Assembly (NCBI GenBank): GCA_951406725.2 | Contig: OX597821.1 | Span: forward strand, 19,530,001-19,594,000 | Direction of reading: 5' to 3' | DNA: 64,000 nucleotides | From: Octopus vulgaris | Lineage: Eukaryota | Part shown: positions 30,560 to 43,061 of the stretch, in pieces | How positions within the stretch are numbered: the stretch's first letter is position 1 | How the letters are laid out: every line of letters begins with the position of its first letter | The notes under the pieces: model-generated | Told to the model about the DNA's origin: nothing | Seen by the model: the letters and a program-made list of their open reading frames with translations, nothing else | The model's database searches: none | Position numbers and translations under genes: made by a program

Positions 30560-30765
30560 GGGAGAGGTTACAAAAAAAAACAAAAGATGAAGACAGGTGG
30601 TGTACAAAACAAACAGATGTATTAGTATAAAGCTCAGGAATAGAAAAAGTCTTTTACCTTTCGAGCCTACGCTCTTCTACAGAAAGGGACACAGAAAAAA
30701 CAAGGAGAGAAACAAGGAAAGAAAAAATGTGTGTGGTAGCTAACGATCTAGCATGGCGACTACCT
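30560..30765 (-). mobile_element. PLE pLTR fragment with degenerate minimal HHR (30651-30686), abutting (TA)n
   Basis: Minus strand reads cttt-CTGTAGAA-gagc gtag gctc-GAAAg-GTA-aaag; a related fragment at about 45000-45480 (+) has CTGATGAA. Confidence 0.55.
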
Positions 30766-30774
30766 TTATAATTA

Positions 30775-32100
30775 TACTAGCATTAAAGACCCGTCGTTGC
30801 GGGGTCATAGTGCTAGTCCATGTATATATGTGTATATATATGTGTACATATTACATGTACATCTATATATATACATCTACACATAAAATACAAAATACAA
30901 AGTTATATCTTGATATGGCTAGTGATAACAATACTCAAAATATATAACAGACTGGAATTGTTAGGCCGTCTCTTGTAATTTCGATCAATTGTATCTTGTC
31001 CTTCTTGTATAGAAGTGTGGCTACAATCCAGCCTACCTCTACTTCTGGGGAGGGGGGGAGGCATTTAAATTTTTTATTCGGGACGTCCTACGTCCCAGAT
31101 ATATAGGTAAAAATAAAATATTTCCACTTTGCAAGTTCGTGTCGAGTACTCCCTTGCACACTCCGGTGACTCGAACCTTGCTTCTATTTTGGCGAATTTA
31201 CCGCCTCTGATTAGATACCTTTCATAGTCGCTCCAAGACACTTTTCGAAGGTGCTTTCCTCCATGTGTTCAAATGTTCTTTTTTCTCTACATTGTATACT
31301 TTATAGACAATAGTCTTTTCTTTAATTTAATTTTTTATTATCCATCTGGACTATTCCATGTCTGCACGCTAATTTATTTTTTAATTTATTCCCATTCATG
31401 TAAAACCACTTATTCAAGTTCCAGTCATTGAAGCAATTTTATACCAATTGCTATTTTTACTTTTGGTATGTTACGATTATATTATACTTTAGTTTGATTT
31501 TAATTATTACTTACTACATATAATTCAATTGTTATTATTATTTTTATTCTTAAATTGAAAGTATCTGACATAAAATAGAGAAAGTTTTTGTTTCACTTTT
31601 AACACGTAATACTGAAATAGTGGAGAATGATATGATATTGCTATGGGCTCGCTCCAGGCAAGAAGTTGAACATTTTTTTTGCCCAAGAAACTACATGGAT
31701 CCTAAGTAAGGCATGTGTAAAATTTGAATGGAATTGGTTGTGTAGTTCTCAAGTTTTAGGGAATCGTAGTGGAGAAGATATGATATTGCTGTGGGCTCGC
31801 CCTAGGCAAAAAGTTCAAAATTCTTTCTGCCGATGACACTCCCCGGACCCTAAGTAAGGCATGTGTAAAATTTGAATGGAATTGGTTGTGTAGTTCTCAA
31901 GTTTTAGGGAATCGTAGTGGAGAAGATATGATATTGCTGTGGGCTCGCCCTAGGCAAAAAGTTCAAAATTCTTTCTGCCGATGACACTCCCCGGACCCTA
32001 AGTAAGGCATGTGTAAAATTTGAATGGAATTGGTTGTGTAGTTCTCAAGTTTTAGGGAAACACACAGACAGACAGACAGACAGATATATAAAGATATATA
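30775..32100 (+). mobile_element. Non-autonomous Helitron-type (Lep1/HINE-like) element with triplicated 3' region
   Basis: 5' tactagca..gacccgtcg..cggggtc..tgctagt hairpin; 3' aaatttgaatggaattggttgtgtagtt followed by (ACAG)n; second copy inverted at 53190-53500. Confidence 0.6.
31618..32058 (+). repeat. Tandem repeat, 3 x 148 bp
   Basis: taagtaaggc recurs at 31703, 31851 and 31999; units 2 and 3 look identical. Confidence 0.95.
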
Positions 32101-33467
32101 TGTATATGTCACTCTATCATGGTATTGACCAGAATATCGGATATTGTGACTTGTCACTGGTCACAATGTTTTTCGCATTGTTTTAGTCTTCGAATGATAC
32201 TAACCCGTTGGCGGGCAGACCAAAATTCTTTCGCAGGGTTGACCATTTACAGCTTCAACCTTGACTTCATCATTCTCTTTCCTCTCGTCTCTTCCTCCAC
32301 TCTCAACATATATATACACGCACACACATATATGAATATGTACATATCCATAATGTGTGTGTGTGTGTGTTGCATCTGTGTGTGTGTCCGAGTGTTAGTA
32401 TTTATATGGATGTATATGTAAACAACCATGTATGTGTACGTATGGGCCGGTTCGTAATGATCAGTAAAGACAATCGCATGTGTAACGAACCATGAAGAAC
32501 AAATCAAATGTACAAAGAAATCAAATGACATTCCCTTTAAAACGGCAACCACTGTAACTAGTAGAATCACCATCCCACTGCCCTTACGCGTTCAAAGAAG
32601 GTTGAAAACGGTTCTTCAACAACATAGCTTTGATAAACTCACTGACTACTACTAACTCTAGGCCCCGACAGACAGAGAGGATGCTCTTGAAGCCGAGAAT
32701 TTGAACTTACAGTGACAATATTTACATATCGCCTGAGGAAGCACAAGTACATCGCATAATGCAGCGAAACGGTTGCATAATCAAGTACCTGCACGTCACG
32801 TGGAGGACCACGTTGCGTAGAAACAATTGTAGTGACTGAAAATAAATGTCCAACTATACTGCCCCTTGTTGACTCCAAATTTCTTCCAACTATATATATA
32901 TGTGTGTGTGTATGTGTGTGTGTGTGAGTGTGTGTGTAGTGTGTGGTGTGTATGGTGTGTGTGGTGTGTGTGTGTACACTTACAAATGATACACGAAGAG
33001 TGTATTGAATATCATTAGACGTTGTATTGTATACTGTTAATATAAAATGAACAAATTTACTCAGAACTTCAGCAATGCAGTAGTACGACTGTTATCCGAG
33101 AACTGTCTTCTTTTGATATTCTGCCTATTAACAATATGTTGGAATGGGGTTATTTATTCTATATCATCTTTATCGTTAGCGTGTCTCTAATCTTATTTCT
33201 CTATTATTTTCCTAGGACAGTTTTTAAGGCGGGGGTTACACTCTCTTTGGTCATTGTTTGATTTTCGCTTTCGGACATAGTTATTCTGAAGTTAATTTTC
33301 TTTCCTTGAAATTGTCTATTTACTTATCATTTCATGGTATGCTATCGCAATAAGTTGAAGATCTAGCACAGTATTCAGACCTGACTAGCATGAATTGGTT
33401 TGGTGATTGTCATTTACAGGGAAAAATAACATTGAAAATCTCAGGTTGGGAAATATGATATACATAT

Positions 33468-33852
33468 GTGGAAGCACTCCGTCGGTTACGACGACGAGGG
33501 TTCCGGTTGATCCGATCAACGGAACAGCCTGCTCGTGAAATTAACGTGTAAGTGGCTGAGCACTCCACAGACACGTGTACCCTTAACGTAGTTCTCGGGG
33601 ATATTCAGCGTGACACAGAGAGTGACAAGGCCGGCCATTTCAAATACAGGTACAACAGAAACAGGAAGTAAGAGTGAGATAAAGTTGTGGTGAAAGAGTA
33701 CAGCAGGGATCACCACCATCCCCTACCGGAGCCTCGTGGAGCTTTAGGTGTTTTCGCTCAATAAACACTCACAACGCCCGGTCTGGGAATCGAAACCGCG
33801 ATCCTACGACTGCGAGTCCGCTGCCCTAACCACTGGGCCATTGCGCCTCCAC
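33468..33852 (-). mobile_element. Full-length SINE family B (OR-like)
   Basis: Near-identical to the 7349 copy; TSD gatatacatat at 33457-33467 and 33853-33863. Confidence 0.95.
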
Positions 33853-34125
33853 GATATACATATAGACACTATCGAGGCCGAATAATTGAAAATACAAAAC
33901 AACTAAAACATAGGCACTTAAAGAGTTTTACTATGAACAACGCTCTTGCACATTAACAACACGTCAACGATAGTGTAGCCATACTGTAGCCATAGACCGA
34001 GATGACAGAAATCTGATTCAGTGTTTGAAAAAGATGTTGGAAACCGAAAAATAGTTTGCTCCGATCTGGTCGATAAGATTGCACGAACATTAAATTCGAT
34101 TCATATTCAAACAATTAATATGAAA

Positions 34126-34230
<105 letters not shown>

Positions 34231-34342
34231 GCCATTTTTTCTGCCTATCACTCTGTCTGCATATCTATCTATTTATAGGTGAGGCGCGCATACATACATA
34301 AACACACACACTCTCTCTCACAAATACACAGACACACACACA

Positions 34343-34400
<58 letters not shown>

Positions 34401-34979
34401 ATATATATGTGTGTGTGTATATATATATGCATTTACATATACATATATGTGTATATATATTTGTGTGTGTGCGTGCACACATGTGTTATTTGGGAATTCT
34501 CTGTATGTAAAGCACTCAGTCGAGCTCAAAAGGATCTAAAATTTCTTCGTCCAGGGCAACAGTGTTGCTACCCTTCCGTTGATGAAGGTGGTCTGGATTT
34601 ATTGAAATACCTACAAGTGATTGGGTACCGGTTACATACCCATGATATTTCGCTCGTTTAGTCTGCAATTTGTGATGATAATGATCATTACCTAACTCTG
34701 GGCATTCTGAAACAGATTTCGAGTTATGAATTTACCTATTTTAAATCTTTTATTCTGTATTTTTGTGTCCCTTGTAAATATACTTCTATCACGTCTATAT
34801 ATATGTGCATGCATGCATGCATGCCTGTATGCATGTATGTATGTATGCATATGTATATATGAGTGTATGTATGCATATATGTATGAAATGTACATATATG
34901 TGTGCAGGTGTAGTATGCATGTGTGTGTGTCTATATAATATATAAATAAATATATATATACTACTAAGAGAGAGAGAGA

Positions 34980-35030
<51 letters not shown>

Positions 35031-35042
35031 TATATACATATA

Positions 35043-35207
35043 GCCGCAGGAGTGATTGTGTGGTAAGTAGCTTGTTTACCAACCACATGGTTCCGGGTTC
35101 AGTCCCACTGCGTGGCACTTTGGGCAAGTGTCTTCTACTATAGCCTCGGGCCGACCAAAGCCTTGTGAGTGGATTTGGTAGACGGAAACTGAAAGAAGCC
35201 CGTCGTA

Positions 35208-35256
<49 letters not shown>

Positions 35257-35477
35257 GTGTGTGTGTTTGTGTGAGTGTGTTTGTCCCCCTAGCATTGCTT
35301 GACAACCGATGCTGGTGTTTTTATGTCCCCGTTACTTAGCGGTTCGGCAAAAGAGAGCGATAGAATAAGTACTGGGCTTACAAAGAATAAGTCCCGGGAT
35401 CGAGTTGCTCGATTAAAGGCGGTGCTCCAGCATGGCCGCAGTCAAATGACTGAAACAAGTAAAAGAGTAAAAGAGTA
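35043..35477 (+). mobile_element. Full-length SINE family A with internal (TA)/(TG) microsatellite and LINE-type tail
   Basis: Head gcaggagtgattgtgtggtaagtag...gggttcagtccc; tail ggcggtgctccagcatggccgcagtcaaatgactgaaacaagt(aaaagagt)n. Confidence 0.95.
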
Positions 35478-35479
35478 TA

Positions 35480-35896
35480 TACTCTTTCAATCTTTACTCT
35501 TTTACTTGTTTCAGTCATTTTGACTGCGGCCATACTGGATCACCGCCTTTAGTCGAGCAACTCGACCCCGGGACTTATTCTCTTTGTAAGCCCAGTACTT
35601 ATTCTATCGGTCTCTTTTTGCCGAACCGCTAGTGACAGGGACGTAAACACACCAGCATCGGTTGTCAAGCAATGCTGGGGGAACAAACACAGACACACAA
35701 ACACACACACATACATATATATATATACATATATACGACAGGCTTCTTTCAGTTTCCATCTACCAAATCCACTCACAAGGCATTGGTCGGCCCGGGGCTA
35801 TAGCAGAAGACACTTGCCCAAGATGCCATGCAGTGGGACTGAACCCGGAACCATGTGGTTGGTTAGCAAGCTACTTACCACACAGCCACTCCTGCG

Positions 35897-35898
<2 letters not shown>
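35480..35898 (-). mobile_element. Full-length SINE family A, tail-to-tail with the preceding copy
   Basis: Reverse-complement homolog of 35043-35477. Confidence 0.95.
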
Positions 35899-35986
<88 letters not shown>

Positions 35987-36063
35987 TATACATATATATG
36001 TATATATATACATATATGTACATATATATATATAGATAAATATATAAATATATATATGATATA

Positions 36064-36119
<56 letters not shown>

Positions 36120-36836
36120 CACACGTGTGTGTGTGCGTGGATACAGAGGAGATAGTGTCAGGAAGGGAGGGGGTGTGAAAGAAAGGCTACTATGATATAA
36201 AGGAGGACAGAATAAGACAAAAATTAAAGGGAGAAGCATTTGATATCATGTATGAAGAATTTTTCATAAATATCATATATAGGGAACTGTTAAGCACTGA
36301 CACTAATGTTTTTGTTTTTTTAAATACGTTTTGATAGACATCAAAATGGATATCATAGCTAAAGTAGAACTCAAAACGTGATATTTCCAATTATAAAAAG
36401 AAAAGAAACTGTTTGCGTCCAGTTCAGTTACGGTTAAATATGTGATTTCGAAAGGAATAAGTTTTTAATAAATATTGCTTTCTTAATATAAAGTTATGAA
36501 ATGCCAAATGTACTTATTTTTACGGCATTTTTATCTTTTTAATCCTGGTATTAAATAGATGAATTATGGGGGTATTAAGGAAAATGTCATTGAGACATAT
36601 AATAAAAAATGTAAAGTGAAAGCCGTCTCAAACAGACCAATGGCGTACTGCTGCTTAGAATACGTTTGGATAACGTCACACGGATGTGTTGTACCTTCTG
36701 CGGAGTTACTTCATCAAACAGTCAATCGGGACAATGTGTCTGTCACGATGTAGTGTAGTATACTCTTTTACTCTTTTACTTGTTTCAGCCATCCGGCTGA
36801 GGTCATGCTGGGGCACCGCCCTTGTTGCTACCCTCT

Positions 36837-39722
36837 CTAAGTCCAGTTTGCCGTGGCTGGCCACTGATCTAAGAAAAAGTTTGTAGCTGCTGCCCTTAGG
36901 TTACCTTCGTACCTTGCAGTGGGTTCATCTGGGATCCCGGAAAGCAGCTTGTCTAGATGTTTTTTGAAAATGTCCACATCCGCATCATGTAGATCTCTTA
37001 GTTTTCTTGGCAGTTTGTTGAAAAGTTGAGGGCCCCTGAACCCCAGGCTATTACAGTATCTGCTCCTTACCCTGGATGTGGAAGACGGGACCTTTGGCAC
37101 CACACAGTGACGTCCTGTACGGGGATTGGAACAGCTCTCAATTCCAAAATTTGGTGCTAGTCCCTCCAGGATTTTCCATATGTATATCACTGCATATCTC
37201 TCTCGTCTTCGTTCCAAGGAGTACAAATTGAGTTCCCTAAGCCTCTCCCAATAGTTCTTTTCTTTCATGGTGGAAATCCTCTTGGTGAAATGTCTTTGGA
37301 TTGTCTCAAGCTCTGTGGTTAGTTTGACACTATGCGGTGACCACAGTTGGGAGCAGTAGTCCAGGCGGCTTAGGACAAATGTCCTCCATAGTGTCAACAT
37401 GGTCTCGCAGTCTCTTGTCCGGAATGTCCTCAGGATCCAGCCAGTGAGTCGTCTGCACATTGTCGCCACCTTCGCGATGTGTGAAGAAAAAGATGCATCG
37501 TCACTCATGTCTATCTCCAGGTCCCGTATTGATTTCGATACTGGGATTTCGATCCCTCCTGGACCAGTATAGTTGTGTTGTAATGTATATGTGTTTACAG
37601 CTTGATATTGTAAGGCTTGAAATTTACCAGCATTAAATTGCATGTTGTTGTCTTCAGCCCATTTGTATATGGCATCCAGATCTTGTTGTAAAAGGTCAGC
37701 ATCAGCTGGGTTTTTGATTGCATGTGCTACCTTTGTGTCATCAGCATAGCTAGTGAGGGATGTTGTTTGTGCTACCAAGGGCATGTCAGAGAGCGCCACC
37801 AAAAACAGCAAGGGTCCCAAGACTGTGCCCTGTGGCACCCCGCTTGCTATTGGTGTCTTTCCCGAGAGGGCTCCATTGGCTGCAACCATCTGGCTTCTGT
37901 CCTTCAGGAAGTCATGTATCCACTCACCTACTTTTCCTGTTATGCCGAGTCTGAGTAATTTGTGACATATCACTCCGTGGTCGACTTTGTCAAAGGCCTT
38001 CGCAAAGTCGAGATATACCACATCCACCTGTGAGCGATCCAGTAGTTGTTTCAGTACCCAGTCGTAGTGTTGTAACAGCTGCGTAAGGCAGCTTCTTCCT
38101 GGGCGAAAGCCATGCTGTGTGTCAGTGAGACGGTTAGTTTCTTCGAGGAACGTGATCAGTTTTTTTCTGATGATTCGTTCCATGACCTTACTTATGTGTG
38201 ACGTCAGGGAGACTGGCCTGTAGTTTTTGGCCTCTGCTCTACTCCCTCCTTTGTGGATAGGGCATATGGTGCCTTCTTTTAGCGCCCTGGGCAGTTTACC
38301 GTTAGCCAAGGAACCACTGAAGAGCTTCTTCAGTGGTCCCGCTAGGGCATGCCTGCATGTCTTTAGGAGGACTGCTGGGAATCCATCTGGTCCAGCAGCT
38401 GAGTTTATTCTCATTTCTTCTATGGCAGATATTACATCCCTCTCTGTTATGTCTATGTGGTCGATGGTTGTTGTTTGGTTTTGGAGTGTTGTGGCATCAA
38501 AGAAAACTTCTGGGTTTGTGATTTGCATGTGCCCCAGAGGGGATGTGAACACACTTTTATACTGTTCCTTTAGTATTTCACTTATCCCTTGGGGGTCCTC
38601 AGTTAGAGAGCCCTTTTTATCAAAGAGTGGGCCAATCTTGCAGTGTACCGAGGTGGTTTCTTTCGCAAATTTAAAGAAGGCTTTAGGGTTTGTTTTAATA
38701 TTCTCTATGGCCCTGGCTTCTCTCTCTGCCCTCTCCTTCTCATAGGAAAGTTTGAGTGCAGTTTCCGTTTCAAAAAGTTTCAGGTGGAGTCCCTCATTGT
38801 TTCTCTGCCGTGCATTCAGTTGCTTCGAGAGCTTAGCTCTTCGCCTCATAAGTATTTTCCTGTCTCTGGGAATAACGTTCCTATGCCCGCTGGCTTTTTT
38901 CTCCGGGACAAACTTATGGCATATGTTCTGTATTGTTGTCATGAAATGTTGGAAATGTGTGTTGGTGTCTTGTGTGGTGATGAAGTCACTCCAGTCATGT
39001 TTTCGGATCTCTTCGTTGATCTTCTTCCAGTTTGCCTTATGGAAGTTTAGACTGGATAGGCCTGTGGTATTTTCTAATGGCTGCGTCTCAACTAACTCTC
39101 TCATACCATATATCATTATCTCTACTAAGTTGTGATCTGAGAGAATTGTTGGTGTTACCATTATGTTGTGGATTAGCATCGGGTTGCTTGTGAAACAGAG
39201 GTCCAAGACATTCTCACCTCTTGTTGGCCAAAGCACTGCTTGCTCCATGAAAAACTTGCGTGTGAGAGCCAACAAGGACTCTGTCTGTCTCTGTTCAAGT
39301 GATGTCATTCCAGGGAGGAGATGGCCATCTGGCCATTTGACTTTCAGAAGGTTAAAATCTCCCAGCAGTAGAATGGTGTTACCCTGGTCCAGTTTGTCCA
39401 GGACTTCTTCTATTCTTCTGAGGCTATCTTCAAACACTCCTTCATGACTAGGGGTGTCTGGTGGCCGATATGTGACACATATTACTATTTTCGGTTGTTT
39501 CATGTGTACTATCAGTGTGTCACAGACTGAGTTTGAGTGTGTCAACAGTACTATGGGTGTGACATCTTCACGGACGTACAGGGCAACCCCACTATGAGTT
39601 CTTTCCTTCCTGTCCGACCGAAAAACAGTATACTTCGGTATGTGTATTTCTGCATCTGCTATACTGCTTGACAGGTGCGTTTCAGTCAGCGCTATGCATA
39701 TTGCATGGTTGCTTGTGCTCAA
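36837..39722 (-). CDS. LINE ORF2: apurinic-like endonuclease plus reverse transcriptase (961 aa open; the true N-terminus is disrupted)
   Basis: LTETHL, GVALY, YRPP, GDFN, LDLCFT, SDHN (APE); AAGPDG, NYRPVSLTS, QHGFR, LDFAKAFDKVDH, GVPQGTVLGPLLF, YADD (RT); LERRRERY...GPQLFNKLP. Confidence 0.95.
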   Translation of the reverse strand: MSTSNHAICIALTETHLSSSIADAEIHIPKYTVFRSDRKERTHSGVALYVREDVTPIVLLTHSNSVCDTLIVHMKQPKIVICVTYRPPDTPSHEGVFEDSLRRIEEVLDKLDQGNTILLLGDFNLLKVKWPDGHLLPGMTSLEQRQTESLLALTRKFFMEQAVLWPTRGENVLDLCFTSNPMLIHNIMVTPTILSDHNLVEIMIYGMRELVETQPLENTTGLSSLNFHKANWKKINEEIRKHDWSDFITTQDTNTHFQHFMTTIQNICHKFVPEKKASGHRNVIPRDRKILMRRRAKLSKQLNARQRNNEGLHLKLFETETALKLSYEKERAEREARAIENIKTNPKAFFKFAKETTSVHCKIGPLFDKKGSLTEDPQGISEILKEQYKSVFTSPLGHMQITNPEVFFDATTLQNQTTTIDHIDITERDVISAIEEMRINSAAGPDGFPAVLLKTCRHALAGPLKKLFSGSLANGKLPRALKEGTICPIHKGGSRAEAKNYRPVSLTSHISKVMERIIRKKLITFLEETNRLTDTQHGFRPGRSCLTQLLQHYDWVLKQLLDRSQVDVVYLDFAKAFDKVDHGVICHKLLRLGITGKVGEWIHDFLKDRSQMVAANGALSGKTPIASGVPQGTVLGPLLFLVALSDMPLVAQTTSLTSYADDTKVAHAIKNPADADLLQQDLDAIYKWAEDNNMQFNAGKFQALQYQAVNTYTLQHNYTGPGGIEIPVSKSIRDLEIDMSDDASFSSHIAKVATMCRRLTGWILRTFRTRDCETMLTLWRTFVLSRLDYCSQLWSPHSVKLTTELETIQRHFTKRISTMKEKNYWERLRELNLYSLERRRERYAVIYIWKILEGLAPNFGIESCSNPRTGRHCVVPKVPSSTSRVRSRYCNSLGFRGPQLFNKLPRKLRDLHDADVDIFKKHLDKLLSGIPDEPTARYEGNLRAAATNFFLDQWPATANWT

Positions 39723-39747
39723 GTCCCTAAGGTAAGACCTCTGACAT

Positions 39748-40242
39748 TCAGCAGAAGCACTGGTGAGACACCCGGGGTGTCAATAAAGGCTGACGGTGTG
39801 GCACCTGGGCCGGCGTCAGCGGTGGCCACCCTGGGTCCCTTGATTGTGGTGGTCTTGAGTGCTGTTGTGAGTGCCCCTGGCTCTGAAGACGATGTATCCA
39901 GGCCAGTTGTCCCACAATTTTCTCTGCCATTTCCACAAAATTTCTTTGTTCTGCTGCCGCCGTCTGCATTTCCTCTGCAAATGTGCGCCTTCTCCTTGTT
40001 GGGGCATTACGCACTATGTCTGCATATTTCTGGGGCAGCTTGTATTTGTTCTGGTTTTGGTTAAGGCATTTTGGTCGAGTGGGTTTGATGCAATTTCCAT
40101 AGGGCCTGGGATGAGCGAACCTGCATCCTTCCCCTGTTTCTCCATGCCAGCAGGTTCCATTCCGGAAGAATTTGCATGTTATCTGGGTTTTCTTGTCCCC
40201 AGTTCCTCTCTGTTTTTTCTTCCTCCTGCCAGCAGGTTCCAT
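39748..40242 (-). pseudogene. LINE ORF1 C-terminal remnant with CCCH zinc finger
   Basis: CKFFRNGTCWHGETGEGCRFAHP motif upstream of and overlapping the ORF2 start region. Confidence 0.7.
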
Positions 40243-40390
40243 TCCGGAAGAATTTGCATGTTATCTGGGTTTTCTTGTCCCCAGTTCCTCTCTGTTTTTT
40301 CTTCCTCCTGCCAGCAGGTTCCATTCCGGAAGAATTTGCATGTTATCTGGGTTTTCTTGTCCCCAGTTCCTCTCTATTTTTTCTTCCTCC
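40145..40390. repeat. Tandem repeat, 3 x 82 bp, at the LINE 5' junction
   Basis: tgccagcaggttcc starts at 40145, 40227 and 40309. Confidence 0.95.
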
Positions 40391-40525
40391 TATATATATA
40401 TACTAGCTGGCCTCCTTGCCTTCAAAAATGATGGTTAATTGTAGTATTTTATATATAAAAAGGGTAGAAGGTGAAAAAAAATCAAATACAGCTTCAACTC
40501 TGTATGTGTGTGCGTATGTGTGTGT

Positions 40526-40613
<88 letters not shown>

Positions 40614-40614
40614 A

Positions 40615-41063
40615 TTCTTTTGTTTCAGTAATTGGATTGCATCCATGCTGGAGCACCGCCGCAAAGGGTTTTAGTAAAAGAAATCGACCCCAGGACTTAT
40701 TCTTTGTAAGATTAGTAATTATTCTGTCGGACTCTCTTGCTGAACCGCTACATATGGGGATATAAACACACCAATATCTTGTCAAGCTATGGTGGGTGTA
40801 CAAACACAGGCACACACAAACACACAAACATATACACACACGGCTAAGTAGTCACGCACACACACATACAAACACACACACACACACATATATAAATGCA
40901 TATATACGACGGGCTTCTGTAGTTTCCGTCAACCAAATCCACACAGAAGGCTTTGGTCGGCCCGAGGATATAGAAGACATTTACCCAAGGTGCCAGGCAG
41001 AGACTGAACCCGGGACTAATGCGGTTGGGAAGAGAACTGCCTACCACACAGCCGTGCCTGCGC
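40615..41063 (-). mobile_element. SINE family A, diverged full-length copy
   Basis: Tail tgtttcag...catgctggagcaccgcc and head ccaaggtgcc...accacacagccgtgcctgcgc. Confidence 0.85.
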
Positions 41064-41922
41064 ATACACATATGTATACCTTATATATATGTATTAAATA
41101 TTTATGACTATTTATCTATCTAGATATACGTGTGTGTGTGTGTGTTTCTGTTAGTCTGTATATGTTTGTATGAGCGTATACATGTAAATGGAAACAATAA
41201 ATAATCGCATATTTTATTCAGACGAACTCTATATGCTCACATATTGCGTTTGAATCTCTCAACTACTCTTTGCATCTATGGAAGAGCTGTCTAAAACCAA
41301 TTCCATGCAGACAATAGATCCTACTAGAGTAATTGCGTTGTCATCTGACAAGCGTTTGGAAATCAACGGAAACTCAGAAATAGCAAGAAACCATTATCTG
41401 GCTATTAGTAAGCATCAATTAGAAAAATGAATCAGATGTTTGAGGGAATGAAAAAAAAAAGGGGAAAAGATAAGATTTAATGGATAATATTAGAAGGTGA
41501 AATTCCCTTACATCATGAAAGAAATGTTAAAATATATATATATTTTTGAGATTAGAGTATGCTGAGTGAAATAATTTCCTTATTTCCGACCGATATTCTC
41601 GAGATAGAATAGACTTATCATAGAAATAACAATTGAAAAACGGGGTACTGATGTTCACCCAAACATTACACCACCACCACTGACGCGCGTATGCGCGCGC
41701 AACTAAGCATGCACTAACGGTCACACGCAATCATACAAGTCGTACGCACTCACACCTCTCAGGGTGGGCTAGAGTGTATATGTCTGTCTGTCTGTCTCTC
41801 TGTCTCTGTCTGTTTCTCTCTGTACTTATCTGTATAGGCATGTGCTTATCGATCTACATACATACACATACATAGATATATACAGGTATCTTATATTTAT
41901 ATATTTATATATATATACGTAT

Positions 41923-41953
<31 letters not shown>

Positions 41954-42414
41954 TATATATTGTTGTGTCAGTGGAGACTCATATACGTATATGTGTATAC
42001 ACATATACGTATAGGTATATACACATACACACACACACGTGATATGTGTGTTTCTGTGTATACCATCGTTCACTGATATAAAATACGTTAAAGAGTGCGT
42101 CCCTTTTAACAATTACAGACATTGATTCATAACTTATAGATAGACAGACAGAAGGCAGACAGAAAGGCAGACAAATAAATAGATAGCTGAGTAGAGAGAC
42201 AGACTAATAGATGGATGGATTGAGAGAGGGAGAGAGGGAGAGAGAGAGAGAGATACATACATACATGGATGGATAGGTAGATGAATAGAGATAGATAGAT
42301 ACACATATACTAAAGCAGAAATGAAATGATAATTAATGAGTGCAATGATGGTACTTCATACATACACACACATCCACGAGCGCACACACACATATGTATG
42401 CATACATGCATGCA

Positions 42415-42475
<61 letters not shown>

Positions 42476-42481
<6 letters not shown>

Positions 42482-43061
42482 TATATAGAAGGAGCTTCTA
42501 CAGGACTAGTACTGTTTCATTCAAGAGAATCTTCAGGAAGCTATTTAACAAATTGTATTAGCATTTATACATTTAGGCAGGTTTAAAGGAGTGGTGGTGG
42601 GGGACTTTTGGGGGTAGGCATAGCGCAAAATATCATACTTGGGGGAGTGGTCAAGGAGTCAGTGGTAAGTTAGATGAAAGAATAAAAAAATAAAAAATAA
42701 AAAAATAAAAAAATAAAAAAATTTTTTTTTTATTTTTTTATTTTTTTATTTTTTTATTTATTTTTTTATTTTTTTATTTTTTTATTCTTTCATCTAACTT
42801 ACCACTGACTCCTTGACCACTCCCCAAGTATGATATTTTGCGCTATGCCTACCCCCAAAAAAGTCCCCCACCACCACTCCTTTAAACCTGCCTAAATGTA
42901 TAAATGCTAATACAATTCTTGTTAAATAGCTTCCTGAAGATTTCTCTTGAATGAAACAGTACTAGTCCTGTAGAAGCTCCTTCTATATAATAAATTAATT
43001 TTACTCTGCTATGTATTGAGTACCTTACTTACTGTGGTTAACCCCGAATCAACCCGGGACC

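Larger units (their letters stand above)
36761..40390 (-). mobile_element. CR1/L2-group LINE, 5'-truncated within ORF1
   Basis: APE+RT ORF, CCCH-finger ORF1 remnant, and 3' stem-loop with (AAAAGAGT)n tail. Confidence 0.95.

Noticed and set aside
31618-32058. Regularly spaced repeats resembling a CRISPR array (also 40145-40390)
   Set aside because: No unique spacers, eukaryotic context and no cas genes; simple tandem duplications.
32728-32780. CTGAGGA...GAAAC hammerhead-like words
   Set aside because: Stems I and III and the UH triplet do not form convincingly.
34500-34720. ORF segment with P..EGGL.L motif
   Set aside because: Possibly an ancient LINE remnant, but too short and degenerate to call.
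37722-40438. Several plus-strand ORFs of 60-186 aa
   Set aside because: Antisense shadows of the LINE ORFs with no recognisable motifs.
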